From Chitinophaga pinensis (lineage in GTDB: Bacteria; Bacteroidota; Bacteroidia; Chitinophagales; UBA10324): a stretch of DNA of 64,000 bases. Positions 9,968-20,136 of the stretch are shown here, in pieces. The stretch covers positions 1,041-65,040 of the forward strand of contig CAMDOA010000008.1 of NCBI GenBank assembly GCA_945903305.1. The letters are read 5' to 3'. Below the pieces are notes generated by a model that did no database searches, was not told the origin of the DNA, and saw only the letters and a list, made by a program, of their open reading frames with translations. The stretch's first letter is position 1. Every line of letters starts with the position of its first letter. The position numbers and the translations under genes were made by a program.

Positions 9968-12097
9968 CTAATACCCTCCGTTATACTTCCGCACAAACCA
10001 CTCAACAGATAATAATCCGGCGAGTAAAAAGAAAATCCATTTGAGGTTGATGACCGATTCGGTTTTTTGTGTGGTGTATATAACCGGCTTGATGCTTTCC
10101 TGAGTTTGAATAGTTTTTATTAATTCATCTATCTGATTCGGATAAAAAAGTTTGCCACCGCTTTTAGTGCTTAGTAAATTTAATAACTGATGGTCAGCGC
10201 GGGTTTGCGTATTTTCTAACTGTAAAGGACTTACAACAAGCTGTCCTTTCTCATTAAAACTTTTATTATTAAAAACTACAGATGCAGTGTAAGAATAATT
10301 TCCGGAAGCAAAACTTCCTGCATTCAAAGTATAACCGGTTCCGTTGCGGTTCATTACATAATTAAATTCTTTTCCTTTCTCATCGAGCACCACCAGTTTC
10401 AAATCAGGTTGGTTCACGGGTTCGTAAGTGTCGTTGTATAATTCTGCATTGAAAATTACTGTTTCGCTTTCGCTGAACATGCGCTCGTTGCCACTGCGGC
10501 TGCGGTTTTCAGGTGTTACCCGAAATTGTTTTTTATCGGGCTTCACTGAAAGATATTGAACAGTTCGTGTAATGATTTCATTGAACACATCACCGGTTTT
10601 GTGTTGCAGAAAATCATAATTGCGCCAGCGCCATATTCCTTCACCACTGATGATTCCGATTTTAGAATCGAGTGACTGATAAAAAGAAATGAGCGGATAC
10701 TTTGTAGAAACATTTCCGATTTTCTGATATGCGAGAACAACTGTTGATGGAGCCGGACGATAATCGCCGAACGGAACTTTCAGTGGGGGAAATGCCTGCA
10801 ACGCTTGCATGACATTGGTTGAAAGATTGAATAAAGTGAAATCATTTTCAGGAGCAGCAGTGGCTTCGCCCATTGAATTATTTCCTCCAATAATTTTCAA
10901 AGCATCCTGCGCTGAATTGAAAAGTGAAATACTTGTTTGCGCTCCGGTGATAAACAGCATTGATTTTTTTTGTGCTGTGGCAACAGAAATAATTCCCTGC
11001 GCCGTTTGTGCACCACTTGGCAACTGATGAAAAATAATCAGGCTGTAATCTTTTACATCGGCATTGTTTCCCTGCGCATACACAATATCAATCTGGTAAT
11101 TTTTATTCGATTCAATGGCTTGTTTCAATGCGGCTATATCAGGATGAGGGGCATTGGCGAGCAGCAAAACTTTTTCTTTTACTTCCAGCACTTCCACAAA
11201 AACATCTGTGGTGTTATTGGCGAAAGTGACTTCATCGCTCAGTTGATTCAATACAAAACGATAATGAATGATGCCGGGTTTATCAGCAGCGAAGGTGAAC
11301 TCAGCGGGCTTTACAAAGTAATCTGATTCGGCAGTAAAACTTTGTTCCTGCAACAAACGATTGGTGTTTTCTTCCACCCGAAACACTTGTAACTTAATTG
11401 CTTCGCCCTTGCAATTCTGCGCCTGCACATCGGCACGCACACTGAAATTATTTCCGAGATACGCAACCGGATTGAAATACACTTTTGAAATCAGTAAATC
11501 TCTTTTCACTGTGGTATCACCCAATGCAATGGTATAAACTGGAGCCATTTTTTCTCCGGTGGAATAAACAGGATTGCTTCCTTCATTGTAAACTCCATCG
11601 GATGCGAGAATGATGGCGCCGAGATTTTGATTGGAAAATAAATTCTGCACCTGCTCAAAAAAATCGGAGAGGTTGGTGCTGCCGTCTTTATAATCAGCAT
11701 GGTCGCCTTCGCGAACTTTATTGCCAACGAGGTAAGTTTTTACTTCGTAATTTTTTGACAATGCATCGCGAAGTTTATTAAAGTTGCTGCTGTATGCAAC
11801 AGAATCCTGTTGCTTGAAATGCATGCGGATGCTTGCCGAATTATCCTGCGCCAATAAAATAATGGGCTTCTCGGTTTCATGATTCACCAATTTTAATAAT
11901 GGTGAAAGCAGTAATGCTGCAATGAAAAAAACAACAACCGTACGAACAACTGCAAGTGCATAAATCCTCCACCTTGGTTTTTGACCGGCTTCGGTAAAAT
12001 GTGTTTCGCGGTAGTACAACACGAATGCATACAGCAATCCGGCGAGTACACACACCAACAACCAGTAAGGAGAAAATTGAAAAGTTAAGCCTGACAC
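9968..12097 (-). CDS. BatA-type N-terminal double-TM / vWA-like membrane protein
   Basis: 709 aa. N-terminus FSPYWLLVCVLAGLLYAFVLYYRE plus a second TM helix. DNSAS matches the DxSxS MIDAS motif. C-terminal TM helix ending SVEWFVRKYNGGY. Confidence 0.65.
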   Translation of the reverse strand: MSGLTFQFSPYWLLVCVLAGLLYAFVLYYRETHFTEAGQKPRWRIYALAVVRTVVVFFIAALLLSPLLKLVNHETEKPIILLAQDNSASIRMHFKQQDSVAYSSNFNKLRDALSKNYEVKTYLVGNKVREGDHADYKDGSTNLSDFFEQVQNLFSNQNLGAIILASDGVYNEGSNPVYSTGEKMAPVYTIALGDTTVKRDLLISKVYFNPVAYLGNNFSVRADVQAQNCKGEAIKLQVFRVEENTNRLLQEQSFTAESDYFVKPAEFTFAADKPGIIHYRFVLNQLSDEVTFANNTTDVFVEVLEVKEKVLLLANAPHPDIAALKQAIESNKNYQIDIVYAQGNNADVKDYSLIIFHQLPSGAQTAQGIISVATAQKKSMLFITGAQTSISLFNSAQDALKIIGGNNSMGEATAAPENDFTLFNLSTNVMQALQAFPPLKVPFGDYRPAPSTVVLAYQKIGNVSTKYPLISFYQSLDSKIGIISGEGIWRWRNYDFLQHKTGDVFNEIITRTVQYLSVKPDKKQFRVTPENRSRSGNERMFSESETVIFNAELYNDTYEPVNQPDLKLVVLDEKGKEFNYVMNRNGTGYTLNAGSFASGNYSYTASVVFNNKSFNEKGQLVVSPLQLENTQTRADHQLLNLLSTKSGGKLFYPNQIDELIKTIQTQESIKPVIYTTQKTESVINLKWIFFLLAGLLSVEWFVRKYNGGY

Positions 12098-12284
12098 GAG
12101 CGACCAAATATATTATGGCAGAATGAAATGTTATTTCGGAATTGAATTTTCACACGGCATAAATTTTATTCATTAAAAAAAATATTTTTTATCGTAATTA
12201 CCTGAATTATTTTAATGCTTTTTCGGCATTTATATTTTTGACTGACATTCCACTCAATATTGCCTTTCAAATAAAAACAGTTTA

Positions 12285-14903
12285 TCACATTCCCACATCC
12301 GGCATTTCCATATTCATGTTCTTTCTTTTGAATAGCGAAACATCAAATTTCCCGAACCGATAATTGAAATTGAGTTTAAATACTTGTGCATCGCGACGGC
12401 GGTCAACTGTTTGCGTAAAAAACGCAGAAGAAGAATAGGTAGTGTTCTTCTTGGTTTTAAAAATATCGGATATGCTGAATGAAAGTGATGCCGCTTTGTT
12501 TTTCATGAATTCAAATTTCAATGAAGCATCAATGCTGTAAGTTGGCAATGAATATCCTTGTGCTGTTGTAGTCGTTCCGCCAAAATAACCGCCGCCGCCG
12601 CCACCCATTCCACCGCCTCCTCCAAACCGCCCCTGAGAATTTCCGCCAACCTGCAAGGCGGTTTTTGATCGGTAGTCGCCTGATAGCTGAAGAGTAAAAT
12701 TTTTCGGCAATTTAAAAGTGGAATTAATTTTCGTGAACCAACTGAATTGTTTGTTGCTTAAATTTTCGATGAGGTTGGTGCCATTGATAAAGGAGTTGTA
12801 AGCATTGATGTTAAATGATAAATCGAACCATTTTGTAATAGCGTTTTGTGTGGTGAGTTCAACTCCGTAAGCATAGCTTGAATTGGCATTGGCATATGTG
12901 GAAATTATGGCTCCGCGATTTAATACTGTATTGAATTCAAACACCTGGTAGTTGGTAATAATACCTGTGGTGTTTTTATAATAAACCGAAATGAGCATGT
13001 TGTTTTTGCGGTCGAATATTTTTTGATAGTTGGCTTCAAACGAATTAACAAACTCAGGTTTTAAATCAGGATTTCCGCGGGTGAGGTTGAGCGAATCGGT
13101 ATAATCAATATAGGGAAGCAACTGAAAAAAAGTGGGGCGATTTATTTTGCGAGAGTAATTAAACTGAAAACTATTATCGTCATTCAGCTTGTAACTCATA
13201 AATCCACTTGGAAATAAACTGACCGGATAGGTTTGATTATACATTGTGTCGTTGCTGGTTATTTCGCCTGTATAAACAGAGCGCTCGGCGCGAAGTCCGA
13301 GTTGGTATCCGAATTTTTTTATCTGATTGGTGAATGTGAAGTAACCCGCATAAACCTGATCGGTGTACTTATAATCGTTGGCATATGCCGGAATAATCTG
13401 GTACTCGCTGCTGTCGTAATTGTAAATTGAATTTTCAGAGTTGCTGTTATACTGTCGCAATGCAGCACGCAATCCTGCTTCAATTTTTATTTTATCGGTA
13501 AGCGGATTTACAAAATCAGTTTGCGCAGTAAGAAATTGTACATCTCCTATTGTGTTTTGTTTCTGAAGCATTTTATTGGCAATAGAAATTCCGGCTGCAT
13601 TAAAATATCGGGTTTGAAAATCGCCTGTGTTGGTCGAGTTGCTTTGATTAAAATTTATATCGCCCGACCAATATTTCCCCTCCTTGGCATAAATGTGTTT
13701 GAATGAAATGCCTGCTCCTATGTTTTGAAAATCGCGCGAAGTTTCAGAATTTCTGAAGGAAGAAGTAGTTACGGTAGAATCAGAATAAACCGAATCGGTT
13801 ACTGAAAACAAATTGCTTTCAGGGTTAAACGAACCCCTGTTGTAAGAACCAAAAACTGTGAGTGTGTTTCGGTTATTTAAAAACCAATCGAAACCACCAC
13901 GGGTGTGCGCCATAAATCCTATGGTGGTTGATGTATCGGTTTGCAAAAGATTAATATCAGGAACACCTAAATTATAAGACCGTTCTGTGTTTCCGTTTAC
14001 AATGGATTTGCGCTGATTGAACATGCCGCTCAAAAACATATTCACTTTTCCCTGCCGGTTGTTCAACTCGCCTCCGCTGTTAAATTTTAATCGCGAATCA
14101 ATGCCGGTCCGAATGTTTCCATTGTATCCGGGCTTGCGGTTTTTCTTTAACACAATATTTAATATGCCACCACCGCCACCACTCGCATCAAACTTTGCCG
14201 ATGGGTTTGAAATTACTTCAATGGTTTCAATGGCATCTGCTGGAATCTGATCAATGGATAATGTGGAAGGGCGACCATCCACCATAATTTGCGGCGCGGC
14301 ATTTCGCATGGTTACATTTCCATCAATGTCCACATTTATCGAAGGCACTTTTTTCAAAACATCTTCTGCAGTTCCTCCAGCGTTGGATGCGTCTTTTCCA
14401 ACATTGTAAACCTTCTTGTCAATTTTCATTTCGAATACACCTGTTTCATTTGTAACCACCACTTCATTTAAATTAACTGCTGTGATGGTTAATGAAATAT
14501 TTCCAAGGTCCTTGTCCACCGCATTCATCATCTGCATATTTCCCTGACCCATTTTTATAGTGAACGATAATTTTTTTTCGTGCAATCCATATCCCATTGC
14601 TGTGATTTGTAATTTGTATTCGCCTATCACCGGCAAATTTTCTAAACTGAAATCGCCGTTTGCCTTGGTTAACTGTCCCGATACAATGACATCTTTCAGT
14701 AATTTTGTAACCGTATCCATCCGGTTTTGTGTTAATTGCACAGAAGCGAATTCGATGCCCCTTTTTGTGGTTGCATCAATCACTCTTCCATAAAAACGCC
14801 CCACATTCATTTGCTTGCCAAAACCGCCCTTGGGCATTTGTGCAACCGAATTATTTATTAATAAAAATGTGAGGGAGAAAAAGAAAAAAAATTGTTTGAT
14901 CAT
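12285..14903 (-). CDS. Outer-membrane beta-barrel protein with N-terminal carboxypeptidase-regulatory-like domain (TonB-dependent-receptor-like)
   Basis: 872 aa. Signal peptide, then GRVIDATTKRGIEFASVQL (CarboxypepD_reg-like), a plug-like region, and a long beta-barrel ending in an aromatic-rich C-terminus. Contains a Gly run GGGGGMGGGGGGYFGG. Confidence 0.8.
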   Translation of the reverse strand: MIKQFFFFFSLTFLLINNSVAQMPKGGFGKQMNVGRFYGRVIDATTKRGIEFASVQLTQNRMDTVTKLLKDVIVSGQLTKANGDFSLENLPVIGEYKLQITAMGYGLHEKKLSFTIKMGQGNMQMMNAVDKDLGNISLTITAVNLNEVVVTNETGVFEMKIDKKVYNVGKDASNAGGTAEDVLKKVPSINVDIDGNVTMRNAAPQIMVDGRPSTLSIDQIPADAIETIEVISNPSAKFDASGGGGGILNIVLKKNRKPGYNGNIRTGIDSRLKFNSGGELNNRQGKVNMFLSGMFNQRKSIVNGNTERSYNLGVPDINLLQTDTSTTIGFMAHTRGGFDWFLNNRNTLTVFGSYNRGSFNPESNLFSVTDSVYSDSTVTTSSFRNSETSRDFQNIGAGISFKHIYAKEGKYWSGDINFNQSNSTNTGDFQTRYFNAAGISIANKMLQKQNTIGDVQFLTAQTDFVNPLTDKIKIEAGLRAALRQYNSNSENSIYNYDSSEYQIIPAYANDYKYTDQVYAGYFTFTNQIKKFGYQLGLRAERSVYTGEITSNDTMYNQTYPVSLFPSGFMSYKLNDDNSFQFNYSRKINRPTFFQLLPYIDYTDSLNLTRGNPDLKPEFVNSFEANYQKIFDRKNNMLISVYYKNTTGIITNYQVFEFNTVLNRGAIISTYANANSSYAYGVELTTQNAITKWFDLSFNINAYNSFINGTNLIENLSNKQFSWFTKINSTFKLPKNFTLQLSGDYRSKTALQVGGNSQGRFGGGGGMGGGGGGYFGGTTTTAQGYSLPTYSIDASLKFEFMKNKAASLSFSISDIFKTKKNTTYSSSAFFTQTVDRRRDAQVFKLNFNYRFGKFDVSLFKRKNMNMEMPDVGM

Positions 14904-15137
14904 GCAGCTGAATAAAATGAGTGGCCAAATATAGACTTTGAAGCGCTACTGAAATTTGTATTTCAGAACGAAGAAATGTAAATAAGCACCCTTTACAAAA
15001 CCTTTTGCATTGAAATAAACTCTTGACACAAAGTCACGGGTGATCAAAGCTTCAAAAAAATCTTAATGGTTCATTTTACTTTAATCGCTTAGAGAGATAA
15101 ATAATACTGGGTAAAATATTTTTGTTCCTGTTGAATA

Positions 15138-15677
15138 TCAATCGCCTGAAAATCGCACGCCATTCATAAAAAAATCTATCGTCTTTCGGTTCGGATATTC
15201 ATCTGGTCCGTATTCAAACAAAACAACAATCGTGTTTTTGGCAATCCATCCGCTTACCTCCCATTTTTCACCGTCTTCATCTTCCCAATTGTCTATCACA
15301 CCGGTTGCGGTTGCATGGGTCGGTAGTTTATGCCCCTTACCATATCCGGTCGCAGATTTTATACCGAAGGACTCTTTCAAAAAATCTAAATAATTAATCA
15401 GCAACTCCTCGCTGTCTGCGGCATCAACCACATCTTTCAGGTTTACTACAATGGCGCCAAACTGAAAATCCTGACCGGTTGATACATCCGTACACTCTAC
15501 AGTATAAACCACCGAACTATCCGGAGAATAATCAACATACACCTCATCTGGCTTCGATGGAAAATAAATTTCAACGGTTGATTCACCAATCGGATAGATT
15601 GAAAATACATCAGCAACACTCTGTGCATTTGAACAACGAACCAAAAAACTAAACGCAACAACCAAAATATATTTCAT
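15138..15677 (-). CDS. Hypothetical secreted protein
   Basis: 179 aa. Signal peptide MKYILVVAFSFLVRCSNAQ. No recognised motif. Confidence 0.55.
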   Translation of the reverse strand: MKYILVVAFSFLVRCSNAQSVADVFSIYPIGESTVEIYFPSKPDEVYVDYSPDSSVVYTVECTDVSTGQDFQFGAIVVNLKDVVDAADSEELLINYLDFLKESFGIKSATGYGKGHKLPTHATATGVIDNWEDEDGEKWEVSGWIAKNTIVVLFEYGPDEYPNRKTIDFFMNGVRFSGD

Positions 15678-15939
15678 GACAAATTTTTTTTAGGATTGTA
15701 AATTTATACAGGAAGAGAGAACTTTTGATTCTGTCTCGGCAAAAAAAATATCGAGCACCGATTAAAGATATTGTTTTAGAAGGGTTACTGTAATCCGTAC
15801 TATGTGTTTCTATTTTATCTCTCTCTCTCGGCTCGCCATCTTATCTCGCCTTATATTTTTTTCTCCAACTCCAATTTCGCAAACTCCCAAAAATTTATTT
15901 ATGTTTCAGCCCTCGAAATAATTTCAATTCCTGAAAACC

Positions 15940-17568
15940 ATGAAACACCCCAAAGCACTACCCTTCCTCTTCCTCTCTGAAATGTGGGAGCGATTCGGAT
16001 TTTACTTAATGCTCGGCATTTTCTTTTTGTACATGAACGATTCTGAAAAAGGCGGAATGGGTTTCGAGCGAAAAGAAGCATCCGATGTTTTCGGAACCTT
16101 CATTGCACTGGTTTACCTCACTCCGTTCATTGGCGGATTGTTGGCTGATAGAATCATGGGCTACCGATTATCAATTACCATCGGCGGCATATTAATGGGT
16201 TGCGGTTATTGTGGTTTGGCATTGCCAGGGCTTCCTGCTTTTTACATTTCTCTATTGTTAATCATCATTGGCAATGGGTTTTTCAAACCCAATATTTCCA
16301 CCATTCTTGGCAATGTGTACAACGATGAAAAATACCGGTCGCTTAAAGATTCGGGGTACAATATTTTTTATATGGGCATCAATATCGGCGCCTTCATCTG
16401 CAATTTTTTTGCTGCCTACTTACGAAATAATTTTTCGTGGGGATATGCTTTTGCCGCCGCCGGAATCGGAATGTTTGTAGGGGTTATAATTTTTTGGATG
16501 GGAAACAAACATTACAAACATGCTGATGTAATAAAACCCACCAAGCCCGAAGACATGTCGATTGGAAAAATTTTCGGTATCGTGTTGTTACCTGCGTTAA
16601 TTGTCGGATACATCGGATGGATACTGCCGGGTAATATTTTCGGAAGCGATTCAACAGACGCATTTATTTTCGGAGCCATTCCGGTTGTTGCATTTTATGC
16701 TTCGTTGTTAATCCGCTCCAATGCCGAGGACCGCAAACCATTATCGGCATTGATGGCGGTGTTTGCAGTATCAATCATTTTCTGGGCGGTGTTCAAACAA
16801 AACGGAACAGCACTTACCATCTGGGCTGAGAATTATACCAACAGAAATATCATCGAACAATTTGAAGCCCCTGCAAAAACTTTAGGCATGGTGCAAACCG
16901 TTGAAATGAAATTGGATTCGGTAAACCTGATGGATGAACAGTTCAGGGTGCAGAAGGATTCAGACGGAAAAATTATTAAAACGCTTGATTATCCGGCATA
17001 TTTCAAAAATATTCCTGCATCAGAAAAACCTGCCGAAGGCGAATCGGTCAACTTAATTTCCACCGAAATATTTCAATCGGTCAATCCTTTTTTTGTGGTC
17101 ATGCTCACTCCGGTTGTCATTGCTTTCTTTTCGTTTTTACGAAGAAGAAAGAAAGAACCAACTACTCCATGGAAAATATTTTTCGGTTTGTTTATTACTG
17201 CATTGTCAATGGTGGTGATGATTGCCGCCGCCATTTATTCAAACAACGGAATGGAAAAAAGTTCCATGATGTGGCTCGTTGGAAGTTACTGTGTCATCAC
17301 TTTCGGTGAATTATGTTTAAGTCCAATGGCATTGTCACTGGTTTCGAAACTGAGTCCGCAACGATTAACCGCACTGATGATGGGCGGTTGGTTTTTATCC
17401 ATTTCGCTTGGTGTAAAATTCAGCGGTGTGCTTGCATCCATGTGGGACGGTTACGAAAGCAAGTACAATTTCTTCTTAGTCAATTGTTGTTTAGCTCTTA
17501 CAACTGCCTTCATTATTTTTCTGATGGTGAAGTGGCTGAATAAAATTTGTAAAGACAGAGGGGTGTAA
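15940..17568 (+). CDS. Proton-dependent oligopeptide transporter (POT/PTR2 family)
   Basis: 542 aa, polytopic. N-terminal EMWERFGFYLMLGIFFLY matches the ExxERFxYY motif. GGLLADR and FKPNIST are PTR2 signatures. Confidence 0.9.
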   Translation: MKHPKALPFLFLSEMWERFGFYLMLGIFFLYMNDSEKGGMGFERKEASDVFGTFIALVYLTPFIGGLLADRIMGYRLSITIGGILMGCGYCGLALPGLPAFYISLLLIIIGNGFFKPNISTILGNVYNDEKYRSLKDSGYNIFYMGINIGAFICNFFAAYLRNNFSWGYAFAAAGIGMFVGVIIFWMGNKHYKHADVIKPTKPEDMSIGKIFGIVLLPALIVGYIGWILPGNIFGSDSTDAFIFGAIPVVAFYASLLIRSNAEDRKPLSALMAVFAVSIIFWAVFKQNGTALTIWAENYTNRNIIEQFEAPAKTLGMVQTVEMKLDSVNLMDEQFRVQKDSDGKIIKTLDYPAYFKNIPASEKPAEGESVNLISTEIFQSVNPFFVVMLTPVVIAFFSFLRRRKKEPTTPWKIFFGLFITALSMVVMIAAAIYSNNGMEKSSMMWLVGSYCVITFGELCLSPMALSLVSKLSPQRLTALMMGGWFLSISLGVKFSGVLASMWDGYESKYNFFLVNCCLALTTAFIIFLMVKWLNKICKDRGV

Positions 17569-17648
17569 AATCCACTTTGTTTTTTATTGTTGTTGCGCTT
17601 AACAATTAGTATGGATTGTATTCGTTTAGTTGTTTCAGAAACAACCAC

Positions 17649-18305
17649 ATGAAACTCTTTGAAATAAAAACGATGCTTATTCGCTTAAGCGGAAAAAACA
17701 TTTTGCTCCTTTGTTTTCAGCTACTATTCCTGAGTTCATGCAATGGAAATATTGCTGTTGAAATAACTTCTTCTCCTGATTCTTCTGAAGTAAAAACGCT
17801 GAGCCCGGAAGCGCTGTCGTATTGCAAAAAAAATAATTTCAACACTGAATTTTATTTCCTGATTGATATGCGTATTCACTCCGGAAAAAATCGTTTTATG
17901 ATTTTCAGTTTTTCGCACGATAGTGTTATTCATAAAGCACTGGTAACACACGGTTGCGGTAATAATGGATGGATTGGCGATGATACCCGAATTACTCCTC
18001 AATTCAGCAACACCTGCGAAAGTCATTGTTCATCATTGGGAAAATACAAAGTTGCCGACAGAGGTTACAGTCAGTGGGGAATTCATATTAAGTACTTGCT
18101 TTATGGTTTAGATTCTTCCAACTCAAATGCACTCAAGCGAACCATTGTATTGCATTCTTGGGAAGCAGTTACTGACGAAGAAATTTATCCGAAAGGTTCT
18201 GCTGAAAGCTGGGGATGCCCTGCTGTTTCAAATAATTTTATGTTGAAGCTTGATGATTTGTTAAAATCATCTGAGAAGCCGGTGTTGTTATGGATAATAA
18301 ATTAA
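17649..18305 (+). CDS. L,D-transpeptidase catalytic-domain (YkuD_2-type) family lipoprotein
   Basis: VTHGCGNN...FSNTCESHCSSLGKY...IVLHSWEAV...ESWGCPAVS matches the murein L,D-transpeptidase-like family with catalytic Cys. Lipobox LLFLSSC. I place the start at ATG 17649. Confidence 0.8.
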   Translation: MKLFEIKTMLIRLSGKNILLLCFQLLFLSSCNGNIAVEITSSPDSSEVKTLSPEALSYCKKNNFNTEFYFLIDMRIHSGKNRFMIFSFSHDSVIHKALVTHGCGNNGWIGDDTRITPQFSNTCESHCSSLGKYKVADRGYSQWGIHIKYLLYGLDSSNSNALKRTIVLHSWEAVTDEEIYPKGSAESWGCPAVSNNFMLKLDDLLKSSEKPVLLWIIN

Positions 18306-18452
18306 ACACAAAACCCCTCAGGGTTCTGATTGGAGTAACCTTGCTTAGACCGAACACACTTTCAATAATTAACAAAGTATGTTTACACAACAGAATTCAT
18401 TTTTATCAATCGAAAAAAAATAATCATTATTGGAGGAGGCGCAGCAGGCTTA

Positions 18453-19595
18453 ATGGCTGCTGATGTATTGAGTTCGTTTTGTGAAGTACATATTTATGAG
18501 AAAGGAAAAACAGCGGGACGAAAATTTTTAGTTGCAGGAAATGGAGGATTTAACATTACGAACAGCGCAACTGGAGATGAATTATTAAATAAATTTTTGC
18601 CAAACGGATTTTTAAGAAAAGCAATTTCATCTTTCGATTCTGATGCTACAAGAAACTGGTTGTTGGAAATGGGCATACCAACTTATGTAGGTTCAAGCGG
18701 AAGAGTGTTTCCTGCTGTTGGAATAAAACCCATTGAAGTGCTGCAGAAAATTAAAGAGAAATTAGCACAACAAAAAGTTCTGTTTCATTTTGAACAGGAA
18801 TTTATTTCGTTCAATTCTGAAAACAGTCCAGTCTTTAAAAACAATGAAAATGAAACTGCTCCGAAAGCAGATTATTACATTTTTTCATTGGGCGGTGCAT
18901 CGTGGTCAGTTACAGGTTCGAATGAAACATGGCGAAATGAATTTGATAAAATCGGAATAAAAACAATTCCATTTCAATCGAGCAACTGCGGAGTAAATGT
19001 GGAGTGGACTGAAGAGTTCAAATCAAAATATGCAGGTACTCCATTAAAAAATATTTCTATTTCAATAAATGATTTTACCATTAAGGGCGAAGCGCTGATT
19101 ACACATTATGGTTTGGAGGGAAATGCGGTTTATCCAATAATAGCTGAAGTGAGAAAAATGATTTCAAAAAATTTAACGCCAATCATTCAAATCGATTTTA
19201 AACCAGCCAATTCAATTATTCAATTGAAAAATAAATTATCCGGCGAAAACATTCCAACTAAAAATTATAAAACGGTTTTTAATCTGAATGAAGTTCAGTT
19301 GGCTTTGGTTAAACAATTCACTTCGAAAGAAATTTTTATTCAACCGGAATCTTTTATTTCTTCCATAAAAAATTTACCCGTACCAATAACTTCGTTGCGA
19401 CCAATTGAAGAATCCATTTCAACCGTTGGTGGAATTGCACTGGATGAACTGAATGAAGATTTCTCGTTAAAAAAATTTCCAAACATCATTTTCATTGGCG
19501 AAATGCTGGACTGGGATGCACCAACCGGCGGTTATTTATTGCAGGGATGTTTTTCAACAGCACATTATGCAGCCACAAGTATTTTAAATTCATAG
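18453..19595 (+). CDS. HI0933/PP_4765-type NAD(P)/FAD-dependent flavoprotein; true 5' end lies upstream of this ATG
   Basis: 380-aa ORF with GRKFLVAGNGGFNITN and C-terminal GGYLLQGCFSTA. The dinucleotide-binding motif IIIIGGGAAGLMAAD is encoded in the same frame just upstream of the first ATG (18420-18452). See the finding on the A8 run. Confidence 0.8.
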   Translation: MAADVLSSFCEVHIYEKGKTAGRKFLVAGNGGFNITNSATGDELLNKFLPNGFLRKAISSFDSDATRNWLLEMGIPTYVGSSGRVFPAVGIKPIEVLQKIKEKLAQQKVLFHFEQEFISFNSENSPVFKNNENETAPKADYYIFSLGGASWSVTGSNETWRNEFDKIGIKTIPFQSSNCGVNVEWTEEFKSKYAGTPLKNISISINDFTIKGEALITHYGLEGNAVYPIIAEVRKMISKNLTPIIQIDFKPANSIIQLKNKLSGENIPTKNYKTVFNLNEVQLALVKQFTSKEIFIQPESFISSIKNLPVPITSLRPIEESISTVGGIALDELNEDFSLKKFPNIIFIGEMLDWDAPTGGYLLQGCFSTAHYAATSILNS

Positions 19596-20084
19596 ATGCC
19601 AACATCAAATTTTGAGCGAATGATAAATCTTGCAGTGGAAACATTCGCTGCGCACAACGATCCGAATCAATTGGATGTAAACGAAGATGTAATTAAACAA
19701 CTCGAGCAATTACATCCGGCAACTCTTTCAGAACAGAATGAAAGTGATGGACCTGTAGTTTGGATACTTCTGATTCCAACAATTGCCGAATTGATGAATG
19801 ATTTTATCGTAGAAAAAATTTCGGAAAGTGAGTTGCTGAATAAAACGCCGTTGAATATTAAATACGATTCGCTGTACCTGTGTTCCGCATTAGTACTGCC
19901 TCAATTCAGAAGAAAAGGTTTGGCAAAAAAAATTGCACTCGAAGCCATTCAAAAAATCCGCATCGACCATCCGATAAAAAATTTATTTACCTGGAATTTC
20001 AGCATGGAAGGCGCACTGCTTTCTGAAAGCATAGCCAAGCAAGAAAACATTCCTTTGTTGCATCGCGAAAGAAAAATTGAATAA
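19596..20084 (+). CDS. Small GNAT-like acetyltransferase-fold protein (tentative)
   Basis: 162 aa. LPQFRRKGLAKKIALEAI resembles GNAT motif A (Q/R-x-x-G-x-A). The ATG directly abuts the upstream TAG stop. Confidence 0.5.
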   Translation: MPTSNFERMINLAVETFAAHNDPNQLDVNEDVIKQLEQLHPATLSEQNESDGPVVWILLIPTIAELMNDFIVEKISESELLNKTPLNIKYDSLYLCSALVLPQFRRKGLAKKIALEAIQKIRIDHPIKNLFTWNFSMEGALLSESIAKQENIPLLHRERKIE

Positions 20085-20136
20085 TTCAATTGTCGGTGGC
20101 GGTTATTTTTGCCGGCATAATTTCCAAATCAAATAA

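Noticed and set aside
12590-12640. GC-rich (GCC)n-like tract encoding GGGGGMGGGGGGYFGG in the outer-membrane barrel protein, considered as a slippage-prone contingency repeat.
   Set aside because: The repeat is a multiple of 3 and imperfect, so slippage would only change the length of a Gly loop. It is most simply a flexible loop, and nothing further can be supported from sequence.
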